DNA from: a phage
Length of the DNA: 64,000 nt
Sequence record: OZ346219.1
Strand: one strand, 5' to 3'
Position 1 is the stretch's first letter. The number at the start of each line of letters is the position of its first letter. Of the stretch, positions 10,695 through 20,101 are shown piece by piece. The position numbers and the translations under genes were made by a program. The notes below the pieces were generated by a model. It saw only the letters and a list, made by a program, of their open reading frames with translations. It did not search any database and was not told the DNA's origin.

Positions 10695-10982
10695 TTACAG
10701 CATACTTAATACCGTTTGCCGTGTACTAATCCACATAGCAGAAAGCAGTTCTGGCGTGTGTGGCTGTTTGTAGATATCACGTAACTTTCCGATAGCGTAG
10801 ATATACGCATCACGGTTATCATCGATGATAGCTTGTTCAGCCCACCGCTTAAGGCGTGCAATCTCTCGCGAGTTCTTACGCAAGATCTTTTCCGCTTTCT
10901 TAGCGGCTTTAGCCTCTAGTTCTGCTTGTACTTTGTCTACTTCATTCACTGCAATCTGGTCATGCTGTTCATCGTAAGTCAT
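10695..10982 (-). CDS. Hypothetical protein
   Basis: 95-aa ORF with AAGGA SD; occupies the 47-55 interval where T4 has a-gt. Confidence 0.4.
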   Translation of the reverse strand: MTYDEQHDQIAVNEVDKVQAELEAKAAKKAEKILRKNSREIARLKRWAEQAIIDDNRDAYIYAIGKLRDIYKQPHTPELLSAMWISTRQTVLSML

Positions 10983-10983
10983 G

Positions 10984-11217
10984 TTATTTTCCTTCTGGGA
11001 TATAGTCGATGATTAAAGAAAATTCATCTTCTGATACATTATAGCTATGTGAGATTGTACCCGTAAAGACCTCAAGATCCGGTGATTTGATATTGCACGG
11101 ATCGATAATCACCGGAACGCCGCAATCTCTCAAAAATAATTTGGCGAAATACGGCACAAGGTCAGTTTCAAACTCTGCTTCTTCCAGCAAACGGGAAATG
11201 TTAATTTTCAATCTCAT
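10984..11217 (-). CDS. Hypothetical protein
   Basis: 77-aa ORF; start overlaps 3' end of gene 55; weak SD. Confidence 0.35.
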   Translation of the reverse strand: MRLKINISRLLEEAEFETDLVPYFAKLFLRDCGVPVIIDPCNIKSPDLEVFTGTISHSYNVSEDEFSLIIDYIPEGK

Positions 11218-11734
11218 AAAATTGGTCCAAGCTAGGCAATTCCTCGGTCAATACATCTTCAACCTTTGGCGCTTTCGGTTTATTGACCGATTCCTCGTAG
11301 TTGTTGATTTTATCGTAAATGTCCTGTATGAATGCCTCATCAGCAATCTGGCACATATCAGCGTCGCGTTCGTCATATACATGATGCACAAAATATTTGT
11401 ATTTTGCGGCTGTCGCTGTTCTCTCTTTTTTAATGCGCTGTACAAAAGCATTAAAGCACGCTTGCGTGATGTAAGCATGAGGATTTTTATACTTTGTCTC
11501 GTCAAAATTAATCAAACCCTTGACCGCCGCTTCGATTCCGTCGTCGATCATTTCTTCGCGCCACGTTTGACTATAACCAGAAAAGTTAAAACGACGTGAT
11601 AGATTTTTAGAGATTTGCATAATTGCTAGGCCGATTTGATCGCTCATTGGAACTTGCCGACCTTCTGCTGCAATTTGTTGTTTCCAACGGCAAATTTCTT
11701 CGTAAAGCTCTTTATTGTTTACATAATCAGACAC
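11201..11734 (-). CDS. 55: Late-transcription sigma factor (gp55-like)
   Basis: 177 aa; [42 protein letters not shown] and tail [11 protein letters not shown] match recalled T4 gp55; apparent GTG start with GAGGGTG SD. Confidence 0.9.
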   Translation of the reverse strand: MSDYVNNKELYEEICRWKQQIAAEGRQVPMSDQIGLAIMQISKNLSRRFNFSGYSQTWREEMIDDGIEAAVKGLINFDETKYKNPHAYITQACFNAFVQRIKKERTATAAKYKYFVHHVYDERDADMCQIADEAFIQDIYDKINNYEESVNKPKAPKVEDVLTEELPSLDQFYEIEN

Positions 11735-11774
11735 TTCGCACCCTCGCTATTATTTAGGAAATAACCCTTTCGGG

Positions 11775-13244
11775 CTATTCCCCATTACCATTATACTTTC
11801 TTTGCTTAGTTATCCACACTCTAACCATCTCTACAGATTCGCCGTCAGACGGATCAAGAGTTTTTCCTTTTTTCTTCATGCGGTACTTAAATCCGTTAAA
11901 TCTTGCATTCTCTTGCTCGTTAAAGTCGAACATCTTTTTAAATGATTTTCGCCCTTTACGTTCACCACATTCTAGCGGAATCATTCGATCTGTTATTACA
12001 TTGGCATTAGGCAGAAACGTTTTTAGATAATCCACCAACGCCCAATCAGGAACATATAGATTAACATTCTCCTTGCTCTCGTTGTCTCTCAGGTTACAAC
12101 GCAAACATAATTGAAATGCTGGTTCCAGATAATCAGACACATGACGCGCTTTCAAAAACTCGTTTGTCGGGAGATCACAACTATTAGCAAGACCTTTTAA
12201 AATATCAATCTCCCATCGTTGAGGGTTAAAGCTGAACATCACAGCAACATTTTTATGATGAATGTAAGAGTTAAGACCATAAGACCCGTAAGGTATCCGC
12301 TCACCAATACCATTTGTACACGCTTCACGGTCCCGATTCACGGTATAAATGAAGTCATCGCCACATTCATTTTTAACCATATCAACAAGACGTTCAAAGG
12401 TATTGTTTGTTTCTGACTGGTGACGCGACCATCGTTCAGAGTCCGTCATAAGGATGATATTAACTCTATCTGTATTTTTATACTCTTTGAAATATAGTCT
12501 GGATTCTAGCGCACTCGGAACAAAATCGCAATTTGCATAGTATCGTAGATACTTCCCACTATATGTATCAAAGAGATTTGCACATGCTATCGTAACCTTT
12601 TTAAAGTCTCCCCACGTACCGTGTTTGTTATCGTTCAAGAAAACAATTTTCGACCCATTCTTCCGGTGTCCTTCGTTATGTTTTACCATAACGTTGATTT
12701 TCTTCTCTAATAACGCCTCATAAAGCCCTCTAAGAGAAGAATCGATCATATCAGTACCATCCTTCGCACTTTCTATCTTTTCTTTGATAGCGGCCTTCTC
12801 AGAGTCTTTTAGAACTAAGTTCTGTAGGCATTCCGATTCGTCGGCGATTGGTTCGCAATGCTTAGTGATAAGTTCAAGATTAGACTTAAACGGATACTCA
12901 TTAAATTCAACCAGTTGAGGAACTTCATCAATGTAAAGAGCATAATCACCAAACATTTTTGAACGTTCCATATTAGATAACGCTGTATGTGTAATGAATA
13001 TCACATCAGCACCATCTTTAACTGATTGCATTATCGACGCTTGCACTGTCTTAAGGCTTCTTAGTCTTGTGCTATCAATCAAGACAGCACGACCGCCCAT
13101 TCTTTTAAACTTATTGTAAGATTGTTCACTTAAAACACGAGATGGCGAAGCAATAACCGCTTTTTCTTTTGTCTCTAGGACGTGGGAAAGTATAGCATCA
13201 GTTTTCCCCGCCGCTGGCAATGCGATTAATGTTTCAATCTTCAT
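11775..13244 (-). CDS. P-loop NTPase of unknown function
   Basis: 489 aa; N-terminal LPAAGKTDA (Walker A-like) and ALYIDEVPQ (Walker B/DExx-like); AAGGG SD; I recall no T4 counterpart at this position. Confidence 0.6.
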   Translation of the reverse strand: MKIETLIALPAAGKTDAILSHVLETKEKAVIASPSRVLSEQSYNKFKRMGGRAVLIDSTRLRSLKTVQASIMQSVKDGADVIFITHTALSNMERSKMFGDYALYIDEVPQLVEFNEYPFKSNLELITKHCEPIADESECLQNLVLKDSEKAAIKEKIESAKDGTDMIDSSLRGLYEALLEKKINVMVKHNEGHRKNGSKIVFLNDNKHGTWGDFKKVTIACANLFDTYSGKYLRYYANCDFVPSALESRLYFKEYKNTDRVNIILMTDSERWSRHQSETNNTFERLVDMVKNECGDDFIYTVNRDREACTNGIGERIPYGSYGLNSYIHHKNVAVMFSFNPQRWEIDILKGLANSCDLPTNEFLKARHVSDYLEPAFQLCLRCNLRDNESKENVNLYVPDWALVDYLKTFLPNANVITDRMIPLECGERKGRKSFKKMFDFNEQENARFNGFKYRMKKKGKTLDPSDGESVEMVRVWITKQRKYNGNGE

Positions 13245-13531
13245 TAGAAACCCTTACGTCGTTCTTTCTGGCATTTCTTGATCATTTTATCAGAAATTTC
13301 GCGCTTAGGTGCAATCTCTTTCACACCGAAAGCACTAATGCCAAATTCAGAGAGAATATATTCAACCAACAATTCACGCACACGCGCTTTACCGATATTC
13401 ACGCCGTTATTTTTCAGATATGTCTGGCCTTCGACTTGCATCAGATCTAAATCTGCGTCGGTAATATTGATTTCTTCCATGCGCCCAAATCGAGAATAAA
13501 CCATGTGTGCGATTGCATTGTGTACTAACAT
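13244..13531 (-). CDS. Hypothetical protein
   Basis: ATG 13531 with GAGGAA SD (track start TTG). Confidence 0.4.
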   Translation of the reverse strand: MLVHNAIAHMVYSRFGRMEEINITDADLDLMQVEGQTYLKNNGVNIGKARVRELLVEYILSEFGISAFGVKEIAPKREISDKMIKKCQKERRKGF

Positions 13532-13552
13532 AATATATTCCTCACTCAAGAA

Positions 13553-13660
13553 TTACTTAATGATACTTACTTTACCAGATCCATGACAATGAGCGCAACA
13601 CCCATCACCACGCAATCCTGTTCCGTTACAGTGTTTACACTTCTTCAACGGTAAAGCCAT
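13553..13660 (-). CDS. 35-aa microprotein with two CxxCxGxG zinc-finger motifs
   Basis: Read by hand, below track cut-off: MALPLKKCKHCNGTGLRGDGCCAHCHGSGKVSIIK; DnaJ-type periodicity; no clear SD. Confidence 0.35.
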   Translation of the reverse strand: MALPLKKCKHCNGTGLRGDGCCAHCHGSGKVSIIK

Positions 13661-13700
13661 TATAGCAAATAAAGCAATAATGAATACCGAAACTAAATTC

Positions 13701-13970
13701 TCAATAATCATAAATCGCCCTCAGTTCTTTATAGCCTCCAATGTGCTCGTTGTCAATGAATATCTGGGGGTATACAAACCGGAGGCTCTTTGAGTTCAGC
13801 CTCCCCGCCAGTTCTTCAATCATATCACGGTCGGGAATAATGTCAACCCCGACCTGCTTGAATACTGGTTTAAGTGTATATGGAATACCCAGATCATCCA
13901 GTAGCTTCATTGCACTAATACAACCATAACAATGATAAGCCTCTTTCGGTATACCGTATATCTCGATCAT
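13701..13970 (-). CDS. Glutaredoxin/thioredoxin-like protein (NrdC/NrdH-like)
   Basis: 89 aa; active-site CYGC near N-terminus, C-terminal IGGYKELRAIY; AAGG SD. Confidence 0.7.
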   Translation of the reverse strand: MIEIYGIPKEAYHCYGCISAMKLLDDLGIPYTLKPVFKQVGVDIIPDRDMIEELAGRLNSKSLRFVYPQIFIDNEHIGGYKELRAIYDY

Positions 13971-14443
13971 TTCTCAGCCTTTAATCTTTCTAGTTCTTCT
14001 TCCAGTTCCTTGATCCGTTGGTCACGTTCAAAGTCACGCTGCAACTTAGTGGCGAATACTCGTTTAAACTGATTGTAATCATCGATTTTAAACACTTCTT
14101 CTTCGCCATAGCGACGCACAGAAACTTCGTAGTTATTGAAGAATTGTTGCATCATTGCTTCGGATGATAGTTCTGCTGATACTACTTTAAAATATTGATC
14201 TTCGGTAGGTGAAAACCAATTACAAGCATAAAGATAAACCTTTTCATTGTCTGGACACTGGTAAGCCTTACCATCGATTTCAATCACAGAAACATATTCA
14301 GGTATAGTAGATGAATCAATAGCTAAGACTTTAAACTGACGGTCCCCGATAAACTCGGAGATCACACGATTCGCATCACTGGTTGCAAAGGCTTTACGCG
14401 CTTGTTCGTTTTTCCACTGATAGGTCATGCCAACAACAAACAT
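13967..14443 (-). CDS. WEVGKTY-family paralogue (coiled-coil C-terminus)
   Basis: ATG 14443 with GAGG SD; MTYQWKNEQARKAF module; C-terminal KELEEELERLKAEK. Confidence 0.5.
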   Translation of the reverse strand: MFVVGMTYQWKNEQARKAFATSDANRVISEFIGDRQFKVLAIDSSTIPEYVSVIEIDGKAYQCPDNEKVYLYACNWFSPTEDQYFKVVSAELSSEAMMQQFFNNYEVSVRRYGEEEVFKIDDYNQFKRVFATKLQRDFERDQRIKELEEELERLKAEK

Positions 14444-14444
14444 A

Positions 14445-15269
14445 TTACCAACCTCGCTCTTTACCAATCAAAAATTCAACTTCACGACGTTTAATGTCTT
14501 CTTGAAGGTCTTTAATCTTCTGGCGATCTTGCATTATTTCGTCCATCTTGTCAAGTGCTGCGATGAAATCATCGAAACGTTCAAAGGTTTTACCTTCATT
14601 TGCTTCGCTAAATTTAACCATTGTCAGGCCATAACGACTACTAAACAGACGTTTCAACTGTCCAACGATCTTAGAATCAGTGGTTATAACTTCCAATTCT
14701 TCTACTTCACGAAAGAATTTTCTATCAGAATCAATAAACCAGCTAGTTCCTTTATGGTCGCTATCTTCGGTTGCACTCATTAGAGTATGGTCTTTACCAT
14801 CAATTTCAATTACATTAACTTGCCCACATAGACTAACATTTTTAACAGTAAAAGGTCTATAATTTATTGCTCGTGCAATAACATAATTAAGGTTAGATAC
14901 GTTTTCAGCATAATGACAGAAGTCGGTCATAGCATTCGCATCTTTCCAAGTATAAGTTTTACCAACTTCCCATTTCTGGGGAACTTCTTCAACTTCACGA
15001 AAGAATTTTCGATCGAATGGACTAAAGAAATATGTTGCAGTCCAAATGTCTTTTCCTGTAGCAGTTTTCGCCGTATGATAAACACCGTCTAGCTCTATTG
15101 CATTAATCCAACCGTTACCCTCGATCTCGATGATGGTAAATGGCTTGTCACCAATAGCTGCACTAATATCGCTGTTAAGTGGAGAAAGAACACCTTCTCC
15201 GTTAGTAATAAACTCAGTTTTAGAGTTTTCATCTTTCCAAGTGTAAGTTTTACCAATTTCCCATTTCAT
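14445..15269 (-). CDS. WEVGKTY-family paralogue, internally duplicated
   Basis: 274 aa; two copies of the ~95-aa module (MKWEIGKTYTWKD and QKWEVGKTYTWKD, each followed by DRKFFREVEE); AAGGGG SD. Confidence 0.55.
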   Translation of the reverse strand: MKWEIGKTYTWKDENSKTEFITNGEGVLSPLNSDISAAIGDKPFTIIEIEGNGWINAIELDGVYHTAKTATGKDIWTATYFFSPFDRKFFREVEEVPQKWEVGKTYTWKDANAMTDFCHYAENVSNLNYVIARAINYRPFTVKNVSLCGQVNVIEIDGKDHTLMSATEDSDHKGTSWFIDSDRKFFREVEELEVITTDSKIVGQLKRLFSSRYGLTMVKFSEANEGKTFERFDDFIAALDKMDEIMQDRQKIKDLQEDIKRREVEFLIGKERGW

Positions 15270-15281
15270 AATATATTCCCC

Positions 15282-15746
15282 TTAACCGATTTTATCAAGT
15301 TCGTTTAATGCTTTCTCTGCTTCCGGTATAGCTTGCACCCTTTCCGGCATTTTGTCAAGAAAATCTTTCAACTCTTCAAAACTGGAGATATGACGCAAGG
15401 CATTAGCACCGATAGCCGCATGTGATTTGCATTCAAAGCGAATTTTATAATTATCCATAGCCAATTTGAGAAGATCAATTAGTTTAGATTCTTCTGGAAT
15501 AATAATTTCTTCAAATCTGCTACGGTCGTGACACAGAAACCAACAATATAGACCTACATCGGTTGAACTCATATAAGTTCCATCATGAAGATATACAGAT
15601 CGCACGTATCCTTTTTTCGCATCAACCGACGCAACTTTAAACGGTAATCTCAGATATTTCAAATAATCAACATCATACCATTTAAAAAATTGTTTTGCAT
15701 CTTTTACATCTTTCCACGCATAGGTCTTACCAACTTCCCATTTCAT
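15282..15746 (-). CDS. WEVGKTY-family paralogue
   Basis: ATG 15746 (MKWEVGKTYAWKD) 7 nt after upstream stop. Confidence 0.5.
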   Translation of the reverse strand: MKWEVGKTYAWKDVKDAKQFFKWYDVDYLKYLRLPFKVASVDAKKGYVRSVYLHDGTYMSSTDVGLYCWFLCHDRSRFEEIIIPEESKLIDLLKLAMDNYKIRFECKSHAAIGANALRHISSFEELKDFLDKMPERVQAIPEAEKALNELDKIG

Positions 15747-15750
15747 AATA

Positions 15751-16278
15751 TCATCTCTCATTTTTGATACGTGATTCTAATTGGATCATACGGTCGCGCG
15801 TTTGCTTATATTCTCGGATAGCACCGATCCGGCTAGGCATACCATCCAGTACGCTCTTAATACCTTCTAGGGTAGTGATTTTAGCAATGCTATTATGTAA
15901 CCCCATCTTATCGATCAACTGAATGTCGTAGGCTTCCATAAGCAGACCCAGGAGTTCTAAAGTTAGGTCTTCTTCTTTTTCTTCCGATTCTGGAATCTTA
16001 GGTTCAATAGTAACTTCGGTAAAGAAACGACGCTCACCAGACCAAAACCACACACCGGAACAGCCAATAGGGGATTCTTTTAACGTCATAGAGTCGTAAC
16101 CACTTCCGATAATAGTAATTTCTCTAACATCACCATCATCGTCAATGTCTTCTACCATAAACGGGCGACCAGCCAACAGGTCCACAATACATCTGTTAAT
16201 AGACGACGAAAATTTAGTCAGTTCGGCTTTCGACGCTTCACATTCAATCTTGTAAGTTTTACCAACTTCCCATTCCAT
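15751..16278 (-). CDS. WEVGKTY-family paralogue
   Basis: ATG 16278 (MEWEVGKTYKIE) with GAGGTGA SD overlapping nrdG stop. Confidence 0.5.
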   Translation of the reverse strand: MEWEVGKTYKIECEASKAELTKFSSSINRCIVDLLAGRPFMVEDIDDDGDVREITIIGSGYDSMTLKESPIGCSGVWFWSGERRFFTEVTIEPKIPESEEKEEDLTLELLGLLMEAYDIQLIDKMGLHNSIAKITTLEGIKSVLDGMPSRIGAIREYKQTRDRMIQLESRIKNER

Positions 16279-16288
16279 AATAATCACC

Positions 16289-16792
16289 TCAAATAATTTT
16301 CACTGGAATACTATTAACAATCTTGTATTGTACTTGATTGTCAGACCCCCGCCACGGCTTCTTCGTTGGCATATCTTTAATATAACGCCCATCGATGAAC
16401 ATGTCAACAGATTCTACAATTTTTCTTTGCTCATCATTCAATTGGTCAAGGGTATAACCAGACCATAGCCAAATATCTTTATTTGGCATCCATGATTTTA
16501 CTTCATCGATGATCCGCTGTACACCCTTTAAATTGCGTTTATACAATGGATCGCCACCTAAGAATGTTAGTCCCTGAATAAAATCAGGTCTAAGCAGATC
16601 CAGAATCAATCCCATTGTATCATCGGTGAATGGTTCCCCGTTCTTAGGATTGAGTAGGCTAGCATTAAAGCAACCATCACATGCGTGTGAACATCCGGTA
16701 ACGTAAAGGGAGACTCTCACTCCCTCACCGTTAACCATATCACAATCTTTAATATCGGCATAGCGTAGTTTGCCGTATGTATCAGAACTCAT
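16289..16792 (-). CDS. nrdG: Anaerobic ribonucleotide reductase activating protein (radical SAM)
   Basis: CSHACDGC cluster near N-terminus typical of NrdG; adjacent to nrdD as in T4; ATG 16792. Confidence 0.85.
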   Translation of the reverse strand: MSSDTYGKLRYADIKDCDMVNGEGVRVSLYVTGCSHACDGCFNASLLNPKNGEPFTDDTMGLILDLLRPDFIQGLTFLGGDPLYKRNLKGVQRIIDEVKSWMPNKDIWLWSGYTLDQLNDEQRKIVESVDMFIDGRYIKDMPTKKPWRGSDNQVQYKIVNSIPVKII

Positions 16793-16934
16793 ATTCAATT
16801 ACCCCGAACTCGTTTACAATCTGCGCTTTATAGTAACCACCGCGAGATGCTAATAGATAAGCTGGGCTTAGGTATTCGTATTCACGGATTTCTACTTGTG
16901 CGTTTTCAGTTTCCCAAATCAGTAAAGTCCACAT
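16782..16934 (-). CDS. Hypothetical small protein (50 aa)
   Basis: ATG 16934 with AGGAGAATCAAAT leader, directly downstream of promoter 16977-17005. Confidence 0.35.
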   Translation of the reverse strand: MWTLLIWETENAQVEIREYEYLSPAYLLASRGGYYKAQIVNEFGVIEYEF

Positions 16935-16976
16935 ATTTGATTCTCCTGTAAAGTTGTATCTCGTCTTGATGAATAT

Positions 16977-17005
16977 AGTATAGGGGATCTCGCGATCCCC
17001 GTCAA
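16977..17005 (-). promoter_or_regulatory. Sigma70-like early promoter with stem-loop spacer
   Basis: Minus strand TTGACG-GGGATCGCGAGATCCCC-TATACT; 17-nt palindromic spacer. Confidence 0.55.
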
Positions 17006-17009
17006 GCAT

Positions 17010-17537
17010 TTATTTTAAATTTTTTCGAATGTAGTCAGACCATTCCTTCCCTGTCAGTTCGGTCCCATTCTGGAAACTGAAATATTCATACGGCATCGAG
17101 TCAAGATAAAACAGGATCATACATCGCGCCATATAATACCAATCACGATTAAAGTAAACTACGTTATCGCCAGTACCATCAGCACCTTTATCATAACCAT
17201 CGCGGGTACGGGCGACCCATTGAATAGTATCATTTTTCTCACGGATCGTAACAGGTTCCCAATATCCAGCACATCCAGCATGACCACACGAACAAGTAAG
17301 GAAATATTGTCCTTTTGCTTTGTTGTCGTCCCATTCACGATGGATTGGTTCGATCTCGTGAAACAGTGCTAAGCAATCATGATTATGCAACACTGGCTTA
17401 CCATCAATCAATGCATGGAATGTATACAAACGACCCGTAGACAAATAGCTATCCTCACGCTCAACCAGTTCAATAGCAATCTTTTTAGCTCGTTCTTTGT
17501 GTCGTTGTGCTTTACGCTTACGGTTTAATGATTTCAT
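17010..17537 (-). CDS. Hypothetical protein
   Basis: ATG 17537 with GAGGTGA SD; basic N-terminus, Cys/His-rich middle. Confidence 0.45.
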   Translation of the reverse strand: MKSLNRKRKAQRHKERAKKIAIELVEREDSYLSTGRLYTFHALIDGKPVLHNHDCLALFHEIEPIHREWDDNKAKGQYFLTCSCGHAGCAGYWEPVTIREKNDTIQWVARTRDGYDKGADGTGDNVVYFNRDWYYMARCMILFYLDSMPYEYFSFQNGTELTGKEWSDYIRKNLK

Positions 17538-17554
17538 ATTCACCTCACACATTA

Positions 17555-18094
17555 TCAAAGGTCGCGATATAGTACATTATGAAAATGAGAACTTGCATTA
17601 CCAATATTGTAGATAATAAATTCTTCATCCGGCGCTTGCGCTACAAATTGAGTATGAGCAACCGCCACAACCTTAAAAATACGATCCGTGATCTTGTGTT
17701 TAATTTCTGCCCCTACTTCCATAGGAACATATTCATTTGTTTCTGTTTCAGTCGCAAAACAGCCATCTTCTTCATAAGCACGAACAAATCGATCGCAATC
17801 AGTACGCTTAACAAATTCAAGAGTATACAATTCTCGTGAATTGTCGGTATAGACCAATACAGAATTATTATGATAGCGAATCACATACAGGTTATTATCA
17901 TCGTCAATTACGCAAAAGCTACGGATTCCTTCGCCTTTACTCCAGCAGATATTAACCACCGTTCCTCTAATAAAAAAACTTTCCTTTAAATTAAAACTAG
18001 TCAATGTGCTAGCGTGCATTTTAACAACAACACCATCGCCAATTTCCAGTTTACGAAGTTTAACTTCTTTGTTCAGTACACAAAACATCATCAT
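17555..18094 (-). CDS. Hypothetical protein
   Basis: 179-aa ORF; GAGAGGA SD; first gene after promoter 18124-18151. Confidence 0.45.
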   Translation of the reverse strand: MMMFCVLNKEVKLRKLEIGDGVVVKMHASTLTSFNLKESFFIRGTVVNICWSKGEGIRSFCVIDDDNNLYVIRYHNNSVLVYTDNSRELYTLEFVKRTDCDRFVRAYEEDGCFATETETNEYVPMEVGAEIKHKITDRIFKVVAVAHTQFVAQAPDEEFIIYNIGNASSHFHNVLYRDL

Positions 18095-18123
18095 GTTGTC
18101 CTCTCGTTGTTTTCGATGTGAGC

Positions 18124-18151
18124 ATTATACATTAGCTAATCATGTTGTCAA
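18124..18151 (-). promoter_or_regulatory. Sigma70-like early promoter
   Basis: Minus strand TTGACA-N16-TATAAT immediately after the nrdD terminator. Confidence 0.6.
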
Positions 18152-18159
18152 CACCCCAA

Positions 18160-18190
18160 AACGAAAAAGCCGACCCTTTCGGATCGGCTG
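18160..18190 (-). terminator. Rho-independent terminator after nrdD
   Basis: Minus strand GCCGATCCGAAAGGGTCGGC then TTTTTCGTTTT. Confidence 0.65.
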
Positions 18191-18194
18191 AAAT

Positions 18195-20057
18195 TTACAT
18201 GTGCTTAACGCGGTTTACCATCTCGGAGTGTTTCCCGTGGTTGAATGGACGCAGATCAACAGATCCAAGATATCCACTAACGCGACGGATAACATTCATC
18301 TTTTCCAGATTGTCATTACCGCAATCAGGACAAACAAAACCAGACTCGGTCGCTCTCATTTCCTTAGTAGATCCGCATACATGACATACATCAGAAGGAG
18401 TATTAACACCGAAGTAGTGCAATTTATCCATTGCATAGTCTACTACAGTTTCAAGACCTTTCAGGTTGTTTTTCATGTCTGGGAACTCAACATAAGAGAT
18501 CATGCCACCGGACGCCAGCCAGTGATAATCTTTCTCAAAGTCAATTTTCTCAAATGGAGTGACTTTCCGGTCTACGTCAAGGTGGAATGAGTTGGTGTAC
18601 CAGTCTTTATCGGTAGCACCCTTAACAATACCAAATTGCTCTCGGTCCAGTCGATTAAATCGATAGCAAAGGCTCTCGGCTGGAGTGCCGTAAAGACTAA
18701 ACCCAAGTCCGGTTTCGTCCTTCCATTTTTCAGTATAATGACGCAAGATCTTAAGAATATGTTTACCGTATCGCTGCGCATCTTCCGAATCAAACGGATG
18801 AACACCAAACAGGACGCTCAATACCTCATGTAAACCAATATATCCAAGAGAGATACTAGCGCGACCATCTTTCAACACTTCCAAAATTTCATCGTTTTGA
18901 TGAATACGGAAAAACGCACCTTCGGTATACAGCACCGGAGCAACATTGGCTTTAGCCCCTTTTAAAGCGTCTACGCGACTCATGAGCGCATCAAAGCAAA
19001 TAGGCATACGATTGGCTAGCTCTTGTTCGAATAGCTCAATTCTGCGCATTACAGACGCTTTACCAGCACGACGCGCGGCAATAAGGGCAATACGCGGAAG
19101 ATTCAGGGTCACAACACCCAAGTTATTACGTCCGTCTAATACTTCTTCGCCTTTCTCATTATGCCACACACCCAGGAAGCTACGACAACCCATCGGGCTA
19201 ACCGGAACACTAGATCCGGTGATACTACGGTTATTCTTCGCAGAGATATAATCAGGGTAAAGACGCTTACTAGAACATTCCAATGCAAGTTGCTTAATGT
19301 CGTAGTTCGGATCTTCCGGTTTAAGGTTTAATCCTTCTTCTAAGAACATCACCAGCTTAGGAAACACCGGAGTGATACCATCTTTACCTAAACCTTTAGT
19401 TCGAACGTTCAGGATCGCTTTCTGAATCAGTTTTTCTTCCCAGCTAGTACCCATACCAAAGGTTAAAGTCACAAAAGGCGTTTGACCGTTGGTGGAGAAC
19501 AAAGTGTTGATTTCATATTCCAACGCTTGATACCCGTCTAAAGTTTCTTTTTCTGTCTTCTCTTGTGCATAGAGAGTATCAGCTTTGATTCCGTAGGTTT
19601 CGGCATCAGCAAGGTGTTTATGATATGTTTTCTCAACATACGGTGCTAACACCTGATCGATGTTTGCGATTGTGGTCCCGCCATATTGATGACTTGCCAC
19701 CTGTGCGATAATTTGAGCGGTTACAGCACAAGCAACGCCGATTGATTTCGGACTTTCGATTTGTGCGCTACCCAATTTAAAACCATTCTCTAACATGTCT
19801 TTGAGATTAACAAGACAGCAGTTAGTAAACGGCATAGCGGGTGCATAATCCATATCATGATAATGAATGTCACCGTCTACATGCGCTTTATAGATGTGCT
19901 CAGGTAACACGGTTTTAGCAATCTGTTTAGACACAGCACCAGCAATCAGATCTCGACGTGTCGGGAATGTTCGCGCGTCTTTGTTCGCGTTCTCTTTGCT
20001 TACTTCGTTTTCTTTACCCGTTGCGATCTCTGTAATGTCTTTGATTAGTTTTTCCAT
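18195..20057 (-). CDS. nrdD: Anaerobic ribonucleoside-triphosphate reductase (class III)
   Basis: 620 aa; C-terminal CPDCG zinc site and glycyl-radical region (RVSGYLG); uninterrupted; AGGTGA SD. Confidence 0.95.
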   Translation of the reverse strand: MEKLIKDITEIATGKENEVSKENANKDARTFPTRRDLIAGAVSKQIAKTVLPEHIYKAHVDGDIHYHDMDYAPAMPFTNCCLVNLKDMLENGFKLGSAQIESPKSIGVACAVTAQIIAQVASHQYGGTTIANIDQVLAPYVEKTYHKHLADAETYGIKADTLYAQEKTEKETLDGYQALEYEINTLFSTNGQTPFVTLTFGMGTSWEEKLIQKAILNVRTKGLGKDGITPVFPKLVMFLEEGLNLKPEDPNYDIKQLALECSSKRLYPDYISAKNNRSITGSSVPVSPMGCRSFLGVWHNEKGEEVLDGRNNLGVVTLNLPRIALIAARRAGKASVMRRIELFEQELANRMPICFDALMSRVDALKGAKANVAPVLYTEGAFFRIHQNDEILEVLKDGRASISLGYIGLHEVLSVLFGVHPFDSEDAQRYGKHILKILRHYTEKWKDETGLGFSLYGTPAESLCYRFNRLDREQFGIVKGATDKDWYTNSFHLDVDRKVTPFEKIDFEKDYHWLASGGMISYVEFPDMKNNLKGLETVVDYAMDKLHYFGVNTPSDVCHVCGSTKEMRATESGFVCPDCGNDNLEKMNVIRRVSGYLGSVDLRPFNHGKHSEMVNRVKHM

Positions 20058-20070
20058 TGTATCACCTATG

Positions 20071-20092
20071 AAAAAGCGGGATTTCTCCCGCT
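20071..20092 (-). terminator. Rho-independent terminator upstream of nrdD
   Basis: Minus strand GCGGGAGAAATCCCGC then TTTTT. Confidence 0.55.
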
Positions 20093-20101
20093 CGTTGATA
20101 G

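Noticed and set aside
11087-11599. Plus-strand 170-aa ORF and minus 85-aa ORF (11248-11505) overlapping gene 55
   Set aside because: Antisense or out of frame relative to a gene that aligns along its length to recalled T4 gp55.
18201-19251. Plus-strand ORFs 18201-18590, 18636-18833, 18946-19251 and minus ORF 18572-18808 within nrdD
   Set aside because: Inside the intact 620-aa nrdD reading frame; antisense or out of frame.
18195-20057. Possible group I intron or homing endonuclease inside nrdD (as in T4)
   Set aside because: The nrdD frame is continuous over 620 codons with no interruption; the nrdG-nrdD interval holds ordinary small ORFs and a promoter, not an endonuclease gene.
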